Assembly: GCA_043719295.1 (NCBI GenBank)
Contig: JAYSUD010000006.1
Span: 17,318 to 81,317 of the forward strand
Length of the DNA stretch: 64,000 bases
From: a bacterium
GTDB lineage: Bacteria > Patescibacteriota > Minisyncoccia > Phycocordibacterales > UBA918
Direction: 5' to 3'
The notes under the pieces were generated by a model. That model did no database searches. It worked only from the letters and a program-made list of their open reading frames with translations, and had not been told where the DNA came from. Made by a program: the position numbers and the translations under genes. This document shows, piece by piece, positions 1 through 9,157 of this stretch (the first letter of the stretch is position 1; each line of letters begins with the position of its first letter).

Positions 1-1662
1 TGTTTGCAAGATTTTTGCATCACTAAGTGATACTCCCGTTGGCAAAAATTCACTTGGTGTAGGTGGATTTACCCCAAACGCTCCTAAGTACAACATGTTT
101 GCAGCTAGGTATGCAGCGGGTGGATTTGGGTGAACAAAATCGGATGTCAACATATTTTCTGCAGTTTGTCCATCATCTCCGTTTCCATAGAGTTCGGTGA
201 ATTTTTTATAGGCTTCAGTATATGCCATACCAGAGGCTGCATAGCCTGCAGTATTTCTTTTCGCTGTTGCTGTATAAAATGTATGGGCATTAGAAGCAAC
301 TGTTTCTCCCTTACTAATACTAATCATATTATCAGGAGCCCAAATACCGTAGAGCATTACGTCAGTGCCGTTTTCTTTTGCAAGTGTTGCAAATAAATCG
401 GTATACTTTTCATAATCAGCTTGGCTACCACTAGTTAGTAGACCGTCGCCACTTTGCAACACGACCAAATCGTAATCTCCTGTCCTCAGAAGATTTTTTG
501 GATCCATAGCTGCTGGCTTACCTGCCCAATTCCATAGTTCACTCATTACTGATCCTCCTATGACTCCATAAGCACTACTTGCCCCAGCACTGTTACGTTG
601 AAGCATTCGCATAAATATACCTGAAGCACTATCAGCTCTTTCTCTACTTACAGCAGCAGTTGTATACGAATTCCCCACAAAGAGAACTTTTGGATTGGAT
701 TTGATTCCAGAAATACTGCCACTGCCAACAGTTCCACCGCCACCTGGGGTTGGTGTAGGCGTTGGAGTTCCGTTTGGTGTTGAATCACAGACATTTCCCA
801 AACCATCTTTATCCGTATCTGTCTGCGTTGCATTACTTATAGCTGGGCAGTTATCTACTGTATCGGCCACCTTGTCACCATCTGTATCTTTAGGCACAGT
901 ACCTATCGGTGGAGTTGTTGTCCCTGTAGGTAAAGGCCGGTAATCAGTATCACAAACGTTACCAATACCATCTTTGTCTTTATCCCATTGTCCTGCGTTT
1001 CTCACTTTTGGACAATTGTCTTTTACATCAACTACACCGTCACCATCTGTATCGGCTGTTGGACTTGGTACTGGAGTTCCGCTTGGGGTAGTGTCACATA
1101 CATTACCAACACCATCTCTGTCTGTATCAAGTTGGTCTGTATTACTTACAAGTTTACAGTTATCGATTGCATCAGCAACAGTGTCTCTGTCTGTATCAAC
1201 AATAGTGACGACGCTTGAGCCGGTTACTTTCAATCGATGTGTTACTGCCCATCCATCAGCACCTGTAGCAAAATTTACTTGTACCCAAGTAAAACCGCTG
1301 GCTGTCTGTGGATTTGAACCTATTACCACGCCCGTACTTCTAAGTAGCTGTGTTCCAACAAGTGTTCCTGAAAGACCAAATGAATTACGTACATTTACAT
1401 CTTGTATAGCTATCACCGTATCTCCAAGTTTTGGTGACGACAAATTTATTCCACCAGTGGTTGGAGTCGTTCCTGTTTGTACACCTTGTAGTTGTGCAAT
1501 AAGCGCAGTTAAATCATTAATTTGTTTTATAAGAGATTCTAAATTTACAGTTGCGGAATCTTGTACAGTTGCTGCTTTTACAGTAATACCTCCAAATAAA
1601 AAGATGGCAACTGCCAACAATATAACTACTTTTGTATGAAAAAACGGAATTGATTTTGACAT
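1..1662 (-). CDS. Giant secreted multidomain protein, paralog of the 1872..5528 gene. It is 3'-partial and runs off the left edge. It carries a signal peptide, an SH3b-like domain, TSP3 Ca-binding repeats and a C-terminal SGNH/GDSL-like hydrolase domain.
   Basis: This gene is absent from the ORF track because no stop lies in the window. Translating the minus strand from ATG 1662 gives MSKSIPFFHTKVVILLAVAIFLFGG...LTALIAQLQGV...VNVRNSFGL...GFTWVQVNFATGADGWAV. DTDxDGxGNxCD repeats follow, then ...LFVGNSYT...VLQSGD... The nucleotide sequence is clearly paralogous to 1872-3000. The plus-strand ORFs at 695..943 and 974..1639 are mirror artefacts of this gene. Confidence 0.75.
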   Translation of the reverse strand, partial: MSKSIPFFHTKVVILLAVAIFLFGGITVKAATVQDSATVNLESLIKQINDLTALIAQLQGVQTGTTPTTGGINLSSPKLGDTVIAIQDVNVRNSFGLSGTLVGTQLLRSTGVVIGSNPQTASGFTWVQVNFATGADGWAVTHRLKVTGSSVVTIVDTDRDTVADAIDNCKLVSNTDQLDTDRDGVGNVCDTTPSGTPVPSPTADTDGDGVVDVKDNCPKVRNAGQWDKDKDGIGNVCDTDYRPLPTGTTTPPIGTVPKDTDGDKVADTVDNCPAISNATQTDTDKDGLGNVCDSTPNGTPTPTPTPGGGGTVGSGSISGIKSNPKVLFVGNSYTTAAVSRERADSASGIFMRMLQRNSAGASSAYGVIGGSVMSELWNWAGKPAAMDPKNLLRTGDYDLVVLQSGDGLLTSGSQADYEKYTDLFATLAKENGTDVMLYGIWAPDNMISISKGETVASNAHTFYTATAKRNTAGYAASGMAYTEAYKKFTELYGNGDDGQTAENMLTSDFVHPNPPAAYLAANMLYLGAFGVNPPTPSEFLPTGVSLSDAKILQT

Positions 1663-1696
1663 AATGATATGTGACATATTAATAATATAAATATTC

Positions 1697-1737
1697 TAAA
1701 AACAGGGATAGCAGGCTGTGCCTGATATCCCTCCTAT
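1697..1737 (-). promoter_or_regulatory. Conserved 5' leader element of the giant-protein gene. On the mRNA strand an AGGAGGG box is followed by an interrupted hairpin (GGGAUA-CAGGC-aca-GCCUG-UAUCCC) and then UGUUUUUAG. This is a candidate attenuator.
   Basis: The hairpin plus U-tract lies about 45 nt upstream of ATG 1662. The same architecture recurs at 5562..5603 with a compensatory change in the inner stem. Confidence 0.5.
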
Positions 1738-1814
1738 CTTCAAATCATATACCCTACCAATAATTTATAACTGTGGCATGTGTGGATAAGTAAACTATAT
1801 CATTTTAATATTTT

Positions 1815-1855
1815 AAAAAAATTAATACCGCACGTAAGTGCGGTATTAATTTTCT
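1815..1855. terminator. Bidirectional rho-independent terminator downstream of the 1872..5528 gene. The stem is ATTAATACCGCAC-gtaa-GTGCGGTATTAAT (13 bp) with flanking A/T runs.
   Basis: A perfect inverted repeat lies immediately after the stop at 1872. Confidence 0.7.
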
Positions 1856-1871
1856 ACAGTACTTGAACTAA

Positions 1872-4800
1872 CTATTTATACCAACTACTATTTGTTTGGG
1901 TATTGTGCGACTTATGTGCCTCAATCGCAATCCCTTGAAGTATTTTTGCATCAGTAAGCGTCACCCCAGCAGGCAAAAACTCACTTGGTGTTGGTGGATT
2001 TACTCCAAAAGCTGCAAGATACATCATATTTGCTGCAAGGTATGCAGCAGGTGGAGCTGCATGAACACTATCGTACGTAAGCATTGTTTCAGCAGTTTGC
2101 CCATCATCACCTTTTCCATAGAGTTCAGTGAACTTCTTATGAGCCTGAGTATATGCCATACCCGCAGCTGCATAACCTGTATTATTACGGATTGCTGTTT
2201 TTTCATATCCTGCATCTAAAGCAGCTGCAACAGTGTCTCCTTTGCTGATACTGATAAGCTGATCAGGTGCCCATACTCCGTATAACATGACATCTGTGCC
2301 ATTTGCTTTTGCTAAATTAGCGAAGAGATCAGTGTGAATTTCATAACTACCAGGTACCGTACTTTGCAGAATATCATCTCCACTTTGTAGTACTAAAAGA
2401 TCATAGTCACCAGAGGCAAGTCGTGTTTTTGGATTATATTGTTCAGGTTTACCTGCCCAATTCCACAACTCACTCATAACTGACCCTCCGATTACAGACA
2501 AATCATGAGTTGCACCAGATGCCTTCTGCTTTAGCATGCGCATAAACAAACCTGAAGCACTGTTTTCACGGATTCCTCCAGGAGCTGCGTAGGTATATGA
2601 ATTACCAACGAAAAGTACTTTTGGATTGGTTTTAAGACCAGTAATACTACCTCCGATTACGGCTCCTCCATCTGGAACTGGTACTGGTGTTCCGTTTGGT
2701 GTAGCATCACACGCATTTCCGATACCATCTTTATCAGTATCTGCTTGTGTTACGTTACTTACAATTACACAATTATCTGTTGCATCGGCAATAGAGTCCC
2801 CATCTGTATCTTTCGGTGCAGTTACCACAGGCGGGGTTGTCGTAGCGACAGTACGATAATCAGGGTCACATACGTTACCAATACCATCTTTGTCCTTATC
2901 CCATTGTCCTACATTCCGCACTGTTGGACAGTTGTCATTAGTATCAAGCACTCCATCAGCATCGGTATCGGCTGTTGGGCTTGGTACAACTGATGATGTT
3001 AATTTGCCCAAAAGCTCTAATTCCATTGCTTGAACCCTCGCTGACCCTGAGGTACCTTGTACAGTCACTTTCACATACCGTCCGGTAGTTTTAATTGAGC
3101 GCTCAAACCACGCCATGCCATATGCATTAGAAGCAGTAAATATTTTTCCATATGCAGCCCCAGCGGTTGATTTAGATTCAAAACTCCAAGTCTTCGAGTG
3201 CCAAGTACCGTTGGTGTCGCCAAAAATTCGAGTAGAGGTAAGATCATAATTTGCACCAAGGTCAAACTCTACCCAAAAGGTTTCACTTACTTCTGAACCC
3301 GCTGAACATCCAAGCGTCACAGCTGTACATCCGTCAAATAAATTATCAGTTATATGATCTTTTTCGAAGTTATTTGATGATGCAATTATTTTCGATGCAC
3401 TGAGCAAATTACTTGGATTTGCACTTGGGGGAAGCGTGACCGTACCATTTGGAGTTGCATCACAAACATTTCCAATCTTGTCACCATCGGTATCAAGTTG
3501 ATTGCTATTGCTTACAAGCACACAATTATCTATAGAATCTGCAACAGTATCTTTGTCTGTATCGGTGACTGTTCCTCCAGTTGTGCTTGTTTTACTTATA
3601 CGTGTAGTAACTACCCAACCATCTGTTCCATTTGCAAAATTAACCTGCACCCACGTGTAACCACTTGCTGTCTGTGAAACAGAACTGATCACGGTACCAG
3701 TACTTCCTAAAGGTTGAGAACCAAGGATGCTTGCAGTAAGTCCATATGAACTACGTACATTAACTTCACTGATAGCAGTAATAGTATCGCCGAGTTTGAT
3801 TAAAGCAGTTGGCACTTCGCCGCCTGTTGTTCCACCACCGGTTGTTGCACCAGGTGTTGGAGTAGCTCCATATAACGCAGTGTCTTTATAATTAGGATAC
3901 TTACCTTCAATCGAAATAGCTCGAGGAGGCCAGTTGCTTAAACCTGTATTTGAGAGAAGTGGTCGTTTTGGTGCACTTGCAGAATTGTAGCTAAACGGAC
4001 TTCCTGCGCCTTTTGCAAAAACTTTTCCAGCTTCATTGAGTTCAAGGTCAGTAACGTTGGCAACCATGCCCGCATTCCAATTTTTAAGGAGCTTACTAAA
4101 TGAGTCAGAATCACTCGCAGCTATACTCATCATGACATTGTTGTTCATGACAATATTTCTGGCTGTCATGAAGGCAGTTTTTGCTGCACCTTTAAGCGTT
4201 TGAGATTCGTCACTAATTGATACACCGTTCTCTTTTGTAAAGGCATTTGTGTACCCAATTATATTGTCATGAACTTCAATATTTTTAAGTGCTAGTTCTG
4301 GCTTATTAGCTGTACCATTATTTTCAATTTCATTAAGACCAATTGATGGAGCGGCAATAAGATTATTAGTACTTATGTTTTCATATCCTCCTGAATAAAT
4401 GAATGTGTTATGGTGCACTTTAGCATTTTGCATATCACCAATTGAAATACCTTTCGGATTGGTTGAATACACAACGTTGTTAAAGTACTGGAAATCTCTA
4501 ACAAAATCGCCTGCTTGACCAGCATTTCCACGACCAAACATATTTTGCATATGACTCGCACCCGCTTCAAGGAATACGTTATTACTCATTACAACTCGCT
4601 CAATACTTTCGTCAGTACCAGCAATATAGTATTGAATACCATCTACATGATCACCGTCAGTTGCTCCCGCCTTTAATTGACTTCGATGAACCCCCATAGG
4701 TGTATTAAATTGATTGTTATCAATCAACACGTCTTGACTACCCACAATCCTCATAAAATCTGAACGGACGTGGTGAATATGAGAGTTCTTAAGAGTTACG

Positions 4801-5528
4801 TGATCAGACTCTGAAGAAACTAGATTAATGATGTAATCAGCCATATCAACAGTGTCAAATGTTACATATGATGAATCAAATACATGTACTCCTCCACCAT
4901 AGGGATAGTTTGAAATTGGCACATCACGACTCGTTGTTTCTGAAGCCAGTACTCCTTCTGTTGATTTGAGTACATGTCCACGAAATACCGTACCGGAAAA
5001 AGTAATATTTTTACTATTTCGTATAGTCACCATCGGGCTACCATATCCACGTCCCACCTCATTGTCGGTGATTTTTACATTTTCAATACGAAGTCCTGTA
5101 CTACCCGTGACCTGAAAATTCTTTGTAAGAATTACAGCTGGATTGCTCGCAACCGCTGAACGAATGATTACTGGATTCGTCGCAGAGAAAACTCGGTTGG
5201 TAACAGAATATCTTTCTCCCAGAGCATCGAGGTCATATGTACCCGGAGAAAGTGCAATAATATCTCCTGACACTGCCTTTTTTAGAGCTGCATCAAATTC
5301 AGCTACAGTTGCTACAGTTTGTGTCCCAAGAACCTGGGGGACACCCTGAAGTTGCGCAATGAGTGCCTTTAGTTCTACAATCTGTTTTGCAATTTGTTCA
5401 AGGCCAGCAACCGAAATGTCACGTGCCACTGATGCCTCTGCATTTGAAATAGTATTTCCAAATAGCAGGACTGTAATTATTGAAAGTGTGAGTACTTTTG
5501 TATATAAAAATGAGATTGTTTTCAACAT
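1872..5528 (-). CDS. Giant secreted multidomain surface protein of 1219 aa. It carries a signal peptide, an SH3b-like domain, a right-handed beta-helix, a discoidin (F5/8 type C)-like domain, TSP3 Ca-binding repeats and a C-terminal SGNH/GDSL-like hydrolase domain.
   Basis: ORF 1872..5630. The likely start is MLKTISFLY at 5528, followed by a hydrophobic signal peptide. Recognisable motifs: LKALIAQLQGV; VNVRSSYGL...GYTWVQVNFANGTDGWVV (SH3b-like); repeated NN..H.N beta-helix turns; DTDGDKIGNVCD, DKDKDGIGNVCD and DTDKDGIGNACD (TSP3); and LFVGNSYT...DLLVLQSGDD (SGNH). Confidence 0.8.
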   Translation of the reverse strand: MLKTISFLYTKVLTLSIITVLLFGNTISNAEASVARDISVAGLEQIAKQIVELKALIAQLQGVPQVLGTQTVATVAEFDAALKKAVSGDIIALSPGTYDLDALGERYSVTNRVFSATNPVIIRSAVASNPAVILTKNFQVTGSTGLRIENVKITDNEVGRGYGSPMVTIRNSKNITFSGTVFRGHVLKSTEGVLASETTSRDVPISNYPYGGGVHVFDSSYVTFDTVDMADYIINLVSSESDHVTLKNSHIHHVRSDFMRIVGSQDVLIDNNQFNTPMGVHRSQLKAGATDGDHVDGIQYYIAGTDESIERVVMSNNVFLEAGASHMQNMFGRGNAGQAGDFVRDFQYFNNVVYSTNPKGISIGDMQNAKVHHNTFIYSGGYENISTNNLIAAPSIGLNEIENNGTANKPELALKNIEVHDNIIGYTNAFTKENGVSISDESQTLKGAAKTAFMTARNIVMNNNVMMSIAASDSDSFSKLLKNWNAGMVANVTDLELNEAGKVFAKGAGSPFSYNSASAPKRPLLSNTGLSNWPPRAISIEGKYPNYKDTALYGATPTPGATTGGGTTGGEVPTALIKLGDTITAISEVNVRSSYGLTASILGSQPLGSTGTVISSVSQTASGYTWVQVNFANGTDGWVVTTRISKTSTTGGTVTDTDKDTVADSIDNCVLVSNSNQLDTDGDKIGNVCDATPNGTVTLPPSANPSNLLSASKIIASSNNFEKDHITDNLFDGCTAVTLGCSAGSEVSETFWVEFDLGANYDLTSTRIFGDTNGTWHSKTWSFESKSTAGAAYGKIFTASNAYGMAWFERSIKTTGRYVKVTVQGTSGSARVQAMELELLGKLTSSVVPSPTADTDADGVLDTNDNCPTVRNVGQWDKDKDGIGNVCDPDYRTVATTTPPVVTAPKDTDGDSIADATDNCVIVSNVTQADTDKDGIGNACDATPNGTPVPVPDGGAVIGGSITGLKTNPKVLFVGNSYTYAAPGGIRENSASGLFMRMLKQKASGATHDLSVIGGSVMSELWNWAGKPEQYNPKTRLASGDYDLLVLQSGDDILQSTVPGSYEIHTDLFANLAKANGTDVMLYGVWAPDQLISISKGDTVAAALDAGYEKTAIRNNTGYAAAGMAYTQAHKKFTELYGKGDDGQTAETMLTYDSVHAAPPAAYLAANMMYLAAFGVNPPTPSEFLPAGVTLTDAKILQGIAIEAHKSHNTQTNSSWYK

Positions 5529-5561
5529 GGTGATATGTAATTGTATTGATAATTTTCTAAC

Positions 5562-5603
5562 TAAAAACGGGGATAACCAGCTTAGCCGGATACCCCCTCC
5601 TAT
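5562..5603 (-). promoter_or_regulatory. Second copy of the conserved leader hairpin plus U-tract. On the mRNA strand it reads AUAGGAGGGGGUAUCC-GGCU-aag-CUGG-UUAUCCCCGUUUUUAG. This is a candidate attenuator.
   Basis: The position and structure match 1697..1737. The inner stem differs by a compensatory pair: CAGGC/GCCUG versus CCGGC/GCUGG. Confidence 0.5.
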
Positions 5604-5702
5604 ACAGACATCATATACCTCAACTTGCATTTAAATTTCATCTCTTGTGGATAACAAATAGTTCGAATCTGTACCTATATAAGTTAAGTATGTACAAAAA
5701 GT

Positions 5703-5748
5703 GACCGGTGCACTTTCCCTCCTGTAACAGAGCTCAAGTGCACCGGTC
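5703..5748 (-). terminator. Terminator-like hairpin with a 13-bp perfect stem, GACCGGTGCACTT/AAGTGCACCGGTC. Its loop carries CCCTCC on the plus strand and AGGAGGG on the minus strand. On the minus strand it is followed by ACTTTTTGT.
   Basis: The stem is a perfect inverted repeat. It sits between the divergent genes 5528(-) and 5809(+). Confidence 0.4.
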
Positions 5749-5808
5749 TATTAAGATACCCAACACCTTCAACACATTCATGTTTTTTATCTATATAATA
5801 AGTACGCA

Positions 5809-6921
5809 ATGAAGCAACATTCGTTTCTACTGATATTTTTATTTATAGTATTTTGTAGTACTGATTTTACGTATGCTGTTGAACCTAATGCGGGAATTGT
5901 ACAAGGGCTTTGGTATGGCAAAGAAAAAATATTTGCAGATGAAACCGTACGTATGTATGTGGCAATTCGAAACTACACGGAAAGTGACTTAACGGGCACA
6001 GTTGAGTTTTTTGATGGCGATAAACGAATTGAACGGAGGTCAGTTACTGCACTTGATGGACGTATTATTGAAAGTTGGGCAGATTGGACACCAAGCTATG
6101 GTACACATAGCTTAAAAGCAACACTCTCACGAATTGAACTTTCTAAAGTTGGATCTACAACACAAGAGGTAACGGTGACATCGTCACTTGCAGAAGATAC
6201 TGTTTTTGTTGACTACGATACTGATGGTGACAATATTGGTAATGAAACTGATAGTGATGATGATGGGGATACTATCACTGATATACAAGAAAAAAAGGAT
6301 GGCACTAATCCACTAGTTAAACAAAAAGTTATCCAACCACAGAGCACAAGTAATAGTTCAAATGAAAATGAAGGTAATTTAAATTCCTCAGCGGAAAGTA
6401 CTGATACTTCCGACAATACGGCCACACGTTCAGGTCTAAACAATCGCTTAAATACCAGCTCATCAAACTCCCCCCAAGGTCTTGAACAGTATCTTGCACC
6501 AAGCCCAGCAGAGACGGCACTTGGAACCGTAACCAACTACATTACAGAAACAAAAACGAATCTTGATACGTATCGAGAAAATCGAAATGCAAAAATTGAA
6601 GCATCTCTTGCCTCTTCAACAAAAATTGAAGTAAACAATGATGGCTTTGGTGCAATCACGCGAACTGACACAAAGGACACCAGGAATTCTTCAGTGACTA
6701 TTCCTAAAATTGAAGGTGAAGGTTTCTTTGACAAGCTTTTTACTTTCATAGGAAGTATCGCAACAAAGCTCTACACCTTTATCCTCGCTACACTCTCATT
6801 TATCCTGGCGCATCCCATTTTTATACAACTTGGCCTTTTACTTCTCATACTCTTTGGCCTCATAAAACTAGCTTCAAAATTCGGCCGTCGTCCGAGCCTT
6901 AAAAAACAAAAAACAAACTAG
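5809..6921 (+). CDS. Secreted protein of 370 aa with a TSP3-like Ca-binding repeat, a Ser/Thr/Asn-rich region and a C-terminal transmembrane anchor with a basic tail.
   Basis: N-terminal signal MKQHSFLLIFLFIVFCS; DYDTDGDNIGNETDSDDDGD; C-terminal hydrophobic helix LGLLLLILFGLIKLASKFGRRPSLKKQK. Confidence 0.7.
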   Translation: MKQHSFLLIFLFIVFCSTDFTYAVEPNAGIVQGLWYGKEKIFADETVRMYVAIRNYTESDLTGTVEFFDGDKRIERRSVTALDGRIIESWADWTPSYGTHSLKATLSRIELSKVGSTTQEVTVTSSLAEDTVFVDYDTDGDNIGNETDSDDDGDTITDIQEKKDGTNPLVKQKVIQPQSTSNSSNENEGNLNSSAESTDTSDNTATRSGLNNRLNTSSSNSPQGLEQYLAPSPAETALGTVTNYITETKTNLDTYRENRNAKIEASLASSTKIEVNNDGFGAITRTDTKDTRNSSVTIPKIEGEGFFDKLFTFIGSIATKLYTFILATLSFILAHPIFIQLGLLLLILFGLIKLASKFGRRPSLKKQKTN

Positions 6922-6946
6922 TACGATATATCGTACTAGTTTGTTT
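6911..6946. terminator. Perfect 36-bp palindrome, AAACAAACTAGTACGATA|TATCGTACTAGTTTGTTT, followed by TTTTT. It acts as a bidirectional terminator between convergent genes. Its core TAGTACGATATATCGTACTA recurs at 8930.
   Basis: Perfect inverted repeat that overlaps the stop codon of the 5809..6921 gene. Confidence 0.7.
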
Positions 6947-6991
6947 TTTAGATACAGACTACTTTTCCAAGTATCTGTTTATTTCACTTAT

Positions 6992-7837
6992 TTATTCTAC
7001 AGGTTCATGAGTATGATCATCATGACCATCGTACTCAGGAATCCAGGTTACGTGTGTAAATACCATTTCACCTGAAACAGCTTTTCGTGCATAGAGTGAC
7101 GGATTATTTTTTGCATCACGTTTCACTACTTCGCCCCATGTTGATGGTTTACTGTGACCAGTTTCTTTTTCAACACTTTCCGACAGGGTTTTTGCTCCAC
7201 TGTTACTTGATAACGCAGCTGTTTTTGTATATGAATCAAACGTATCTAGGTGTGCGTAGATTGCTGCAAGCTGCTCATAATCATGGGCATCAGGACGCTG
7301 ATTCGGAACAGGATTGTATGAGTAATCCATACAAGTACCCTTTGTAGTATTGAAGTCCTCATCATTGTGACCTAAACCAAGAGTGTGACCAATTTCTTGA
7401 CACACTACAGCCTTCCGCCACGCAACGGTGTTGTATGTTGAGGTATTGTAATAAGTATCATTAAGCTTTACGGTACCTTTTGTTATATGATCACCACTTA
7501 CCCATATTTCTGCTATACCAAGCCAGCCGTTTGACCCATAGGCATCATTACAAACCTCAACCATTCCATTAACACCAAGACAACTTCGTGAACGCTTTTG
7601 TGCTTTTAACGCAAAATCAACTACTGGCGATTTGTTCCAATCAACCACAGCGGCCTTCATAGAAGACTGCCATTGATAGGACATACTATTTTTCACTTGA
7701 ATGGTAAACGTTGGTGTAGTGCGAGCCCAGTGATAATTTCCCCATGCGTGATTTGCAAACGCATACGAAGCAAAAAAGAATAAACATACAGTACTTACTA
7801 TCGCAACAACTGACACTCGTTTAATTGTTAAAACCAT
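6992..7837 (-). CDS. Secreted zinc metalloprotease of the metzincin/matrixin type.
   Basis: The likely start is MVLTIKRVSVVAIVSTVCLFFFA, a signal peptide. The zinc site is VVCQEIGHTLGLGHNDEDF, matching HExxHxxGxxH. Confidence 0.75.
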   Translation of the reverse strand: MVLTIKRVSVVAIVSTVCLFFFASYAFANHAWGNYHWARTTPTFTIQVKNSMSYQWQSSMKAAVVDWNKSPVVDFALKAQKRSRSCLGVNGMVEVCNDAYGSNGWLGIAEIWVSGDHITKGTVKLNDTYYNTSTYNTVAWRKAVVCQEIGHTLGLGHNDEDFNTTKGTCMDYSYNPVPNQRPDAHDYEQLAAIYAHLDTFDSYTKTAALSSNSGAKTLSESVEKETGHSKPSTWGEVVKRDAKNNPSLYARKAVSGEMVFTHVTWIPEYDGHDDHTHEPVE

Positions 7838-8072
7838 GGTAATTACTTGAATAATAATTTTACTACTATACCATAGAAAACCTATTTTGTCACGCATTTT
7901 TCAACTTTATGCTCAAATATATGGGTATTTTCAATTTTTTTAAAGAAAATTTACTCAAAAAGACCCGTCTACTTATCCTTTGCAGGACTATTATTAGAGA
8001 TATTATATTTTGGATTTCAAAGAAAACTATATTTCCCTTCAAAAATCTGTTCTTTTGGTTAACACATTGAAG

Positions 8073-8093
8073 CCGCACCTGTGGGGTGCGGCC
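8073..8093 (-). terminator. GC-rich hairpin, GCCGCACC-tgtgg-GGTGCGGC, immediately downstream of the stop of the 8105..8770 gene.
   Basis: An 8-bp GC stem, but with a weak U-tract. Confidence 0.35.
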
Positions 8094-8104
8094 TGTCTTA
8101 TATT

Positions 8105-8770
8105 TCACATCATCAGGTCTAGCGCCATTTTCTTGGAGATACCCTTTTTGTAGTCTCTGAATCCACCAATTTGGTGAACAAAGCCGTCTGGTGTAACCAA
8201 GCAATTTTCTAAGGCTTTTGTATTTGCACCATCATCATCAATGGAAAGAACATTCACCTGTGTCCCTGTGGAATAAAGTGTGTCACGCAATTCCCGACAT
8301 CGTTTTTGATCACCAGCAACAGGTCCTTCATCTGTTGAGATATCTAAGACTCGCCGTAATGTTGTTTTTTCTTTTTTGCTAAAGTAGCGAAGTACCTCTT
8401 TGTGGAAAGTCCTTCCACCACCAAAAGTTTCAGTTGGCGCGCTTGCGATGAGTTCTTCACCGAGAGACATAAAGTCATCAACATTCAGCATCTGCATAGA
8501 AAAGAGTGGGAGGACGGTGTCAGCCCAAACAAATACAGATACCAAGGGTCGATACGGCAACCATGATTCTTGTATAACCGGCATCGCCAGGGCTTCAACA
8601 TGACCTCGAAGTTGTACCAAAAAATGATTGGTAAATTTTTGAAACATACTTGAGGAACAATCCAACAACAAACAAAGCTCTACCTCAACTTTTGTTGAAG
8701 CTTTAAGAACAAATGGTACACACAAACTTCCGGCACCTAAACTAAACGACCTTCTGTTCATACCCGACAT
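8105..8770 (-). CDS. vWA-like domain protein carrying the MIDAS motif DxSxS (DUF1194-like), with an N-terminal Tat-like RR motif.
   Basis: The likely start is MSGMNRRSFSLGAGSL at 8770. The protein contains LLLDCSSSM. Confidence 0.55.
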   Translation of the reverse strand: MSGMNRRSFSLGAGSLCVPFVLKASTKVEVELCLLLDCSSSMFQKFTNHFLVQLRGHVEALAMPVIQESWLPYRPLVSVFVWADTVLPLFSMQMLNVDDFMSLGEELIASAPTETFGGGRTFHKEVLRYFSKKEKTTLRRVLDISTDEGPVAGDQKRCRELRDTLYSTGTQVNVLSIDDDGANTKALENCLVTPDGFVHQIGGFRDYKKGISKKMALDLMM

Positions 8771-8929
8771 TTTAGTACCTCTCGTTTCTAAATTGTTATG
8801 GCAGTGTGCCCATTGATAATGTAAACCCACAGACATCAACCGTCAAGCAATAAGTTCTGAAATTCAAAAACAATCTTCTCGCTAGGGTACTCCTAAGATT
8901 TTTTAGGTAAAAAACTTAACAAGTCCCCG

Positions 8930-8957
8930 AAAATAGTACGATATATCGTACTATTTC
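8930..8957. repeat. Perfect 28-bp palindrome, GAAATAGTACGATA|TATCGTACTATTTC. This is the second copy of the TAGTACGATATATCGTACTA core.
   Basis: It shares an identical 20-bp core with 6911..6946. It lies in the divergent intergenic region between 8770(-) and 9158(+). Confidence 0.7.
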
Positions 8958-9157
8958 TTCAAAGTTGTACCCATGACAGTACATAGGCAAGGTCTATGTA
9001 GTCACGTTTCTATTTATTAGCAGCAGACGCATTTTGCCTAGGTGGAGCTATTTGAGGGGAGTTGTAAGATTAGACCCATAGACGCATCTCCAACATTCGC
9101 TTTGCCCAGAGGTTTAGATGCTTGTGGTATCATTTTTATATTAAATTAAAATTACAT

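Noticed and set aside
695-1639. Plus-strand ORFs 695..943, 974..1639 and 988..1218.
   Set aside because: They are mirror-frame artefacts of the minus-strand giant-protein gene (1..1662). Their translations are low-complexity Pro/Val/Gly strings.
6911-6946. The palindrome TAGTACGATATATCGTACTA as an NrdR box.
   Set aside because: The NrdR consensus (acaCwAtATaTwGtgt) differs in its outer triplets, and no nrd genes are adjacent.
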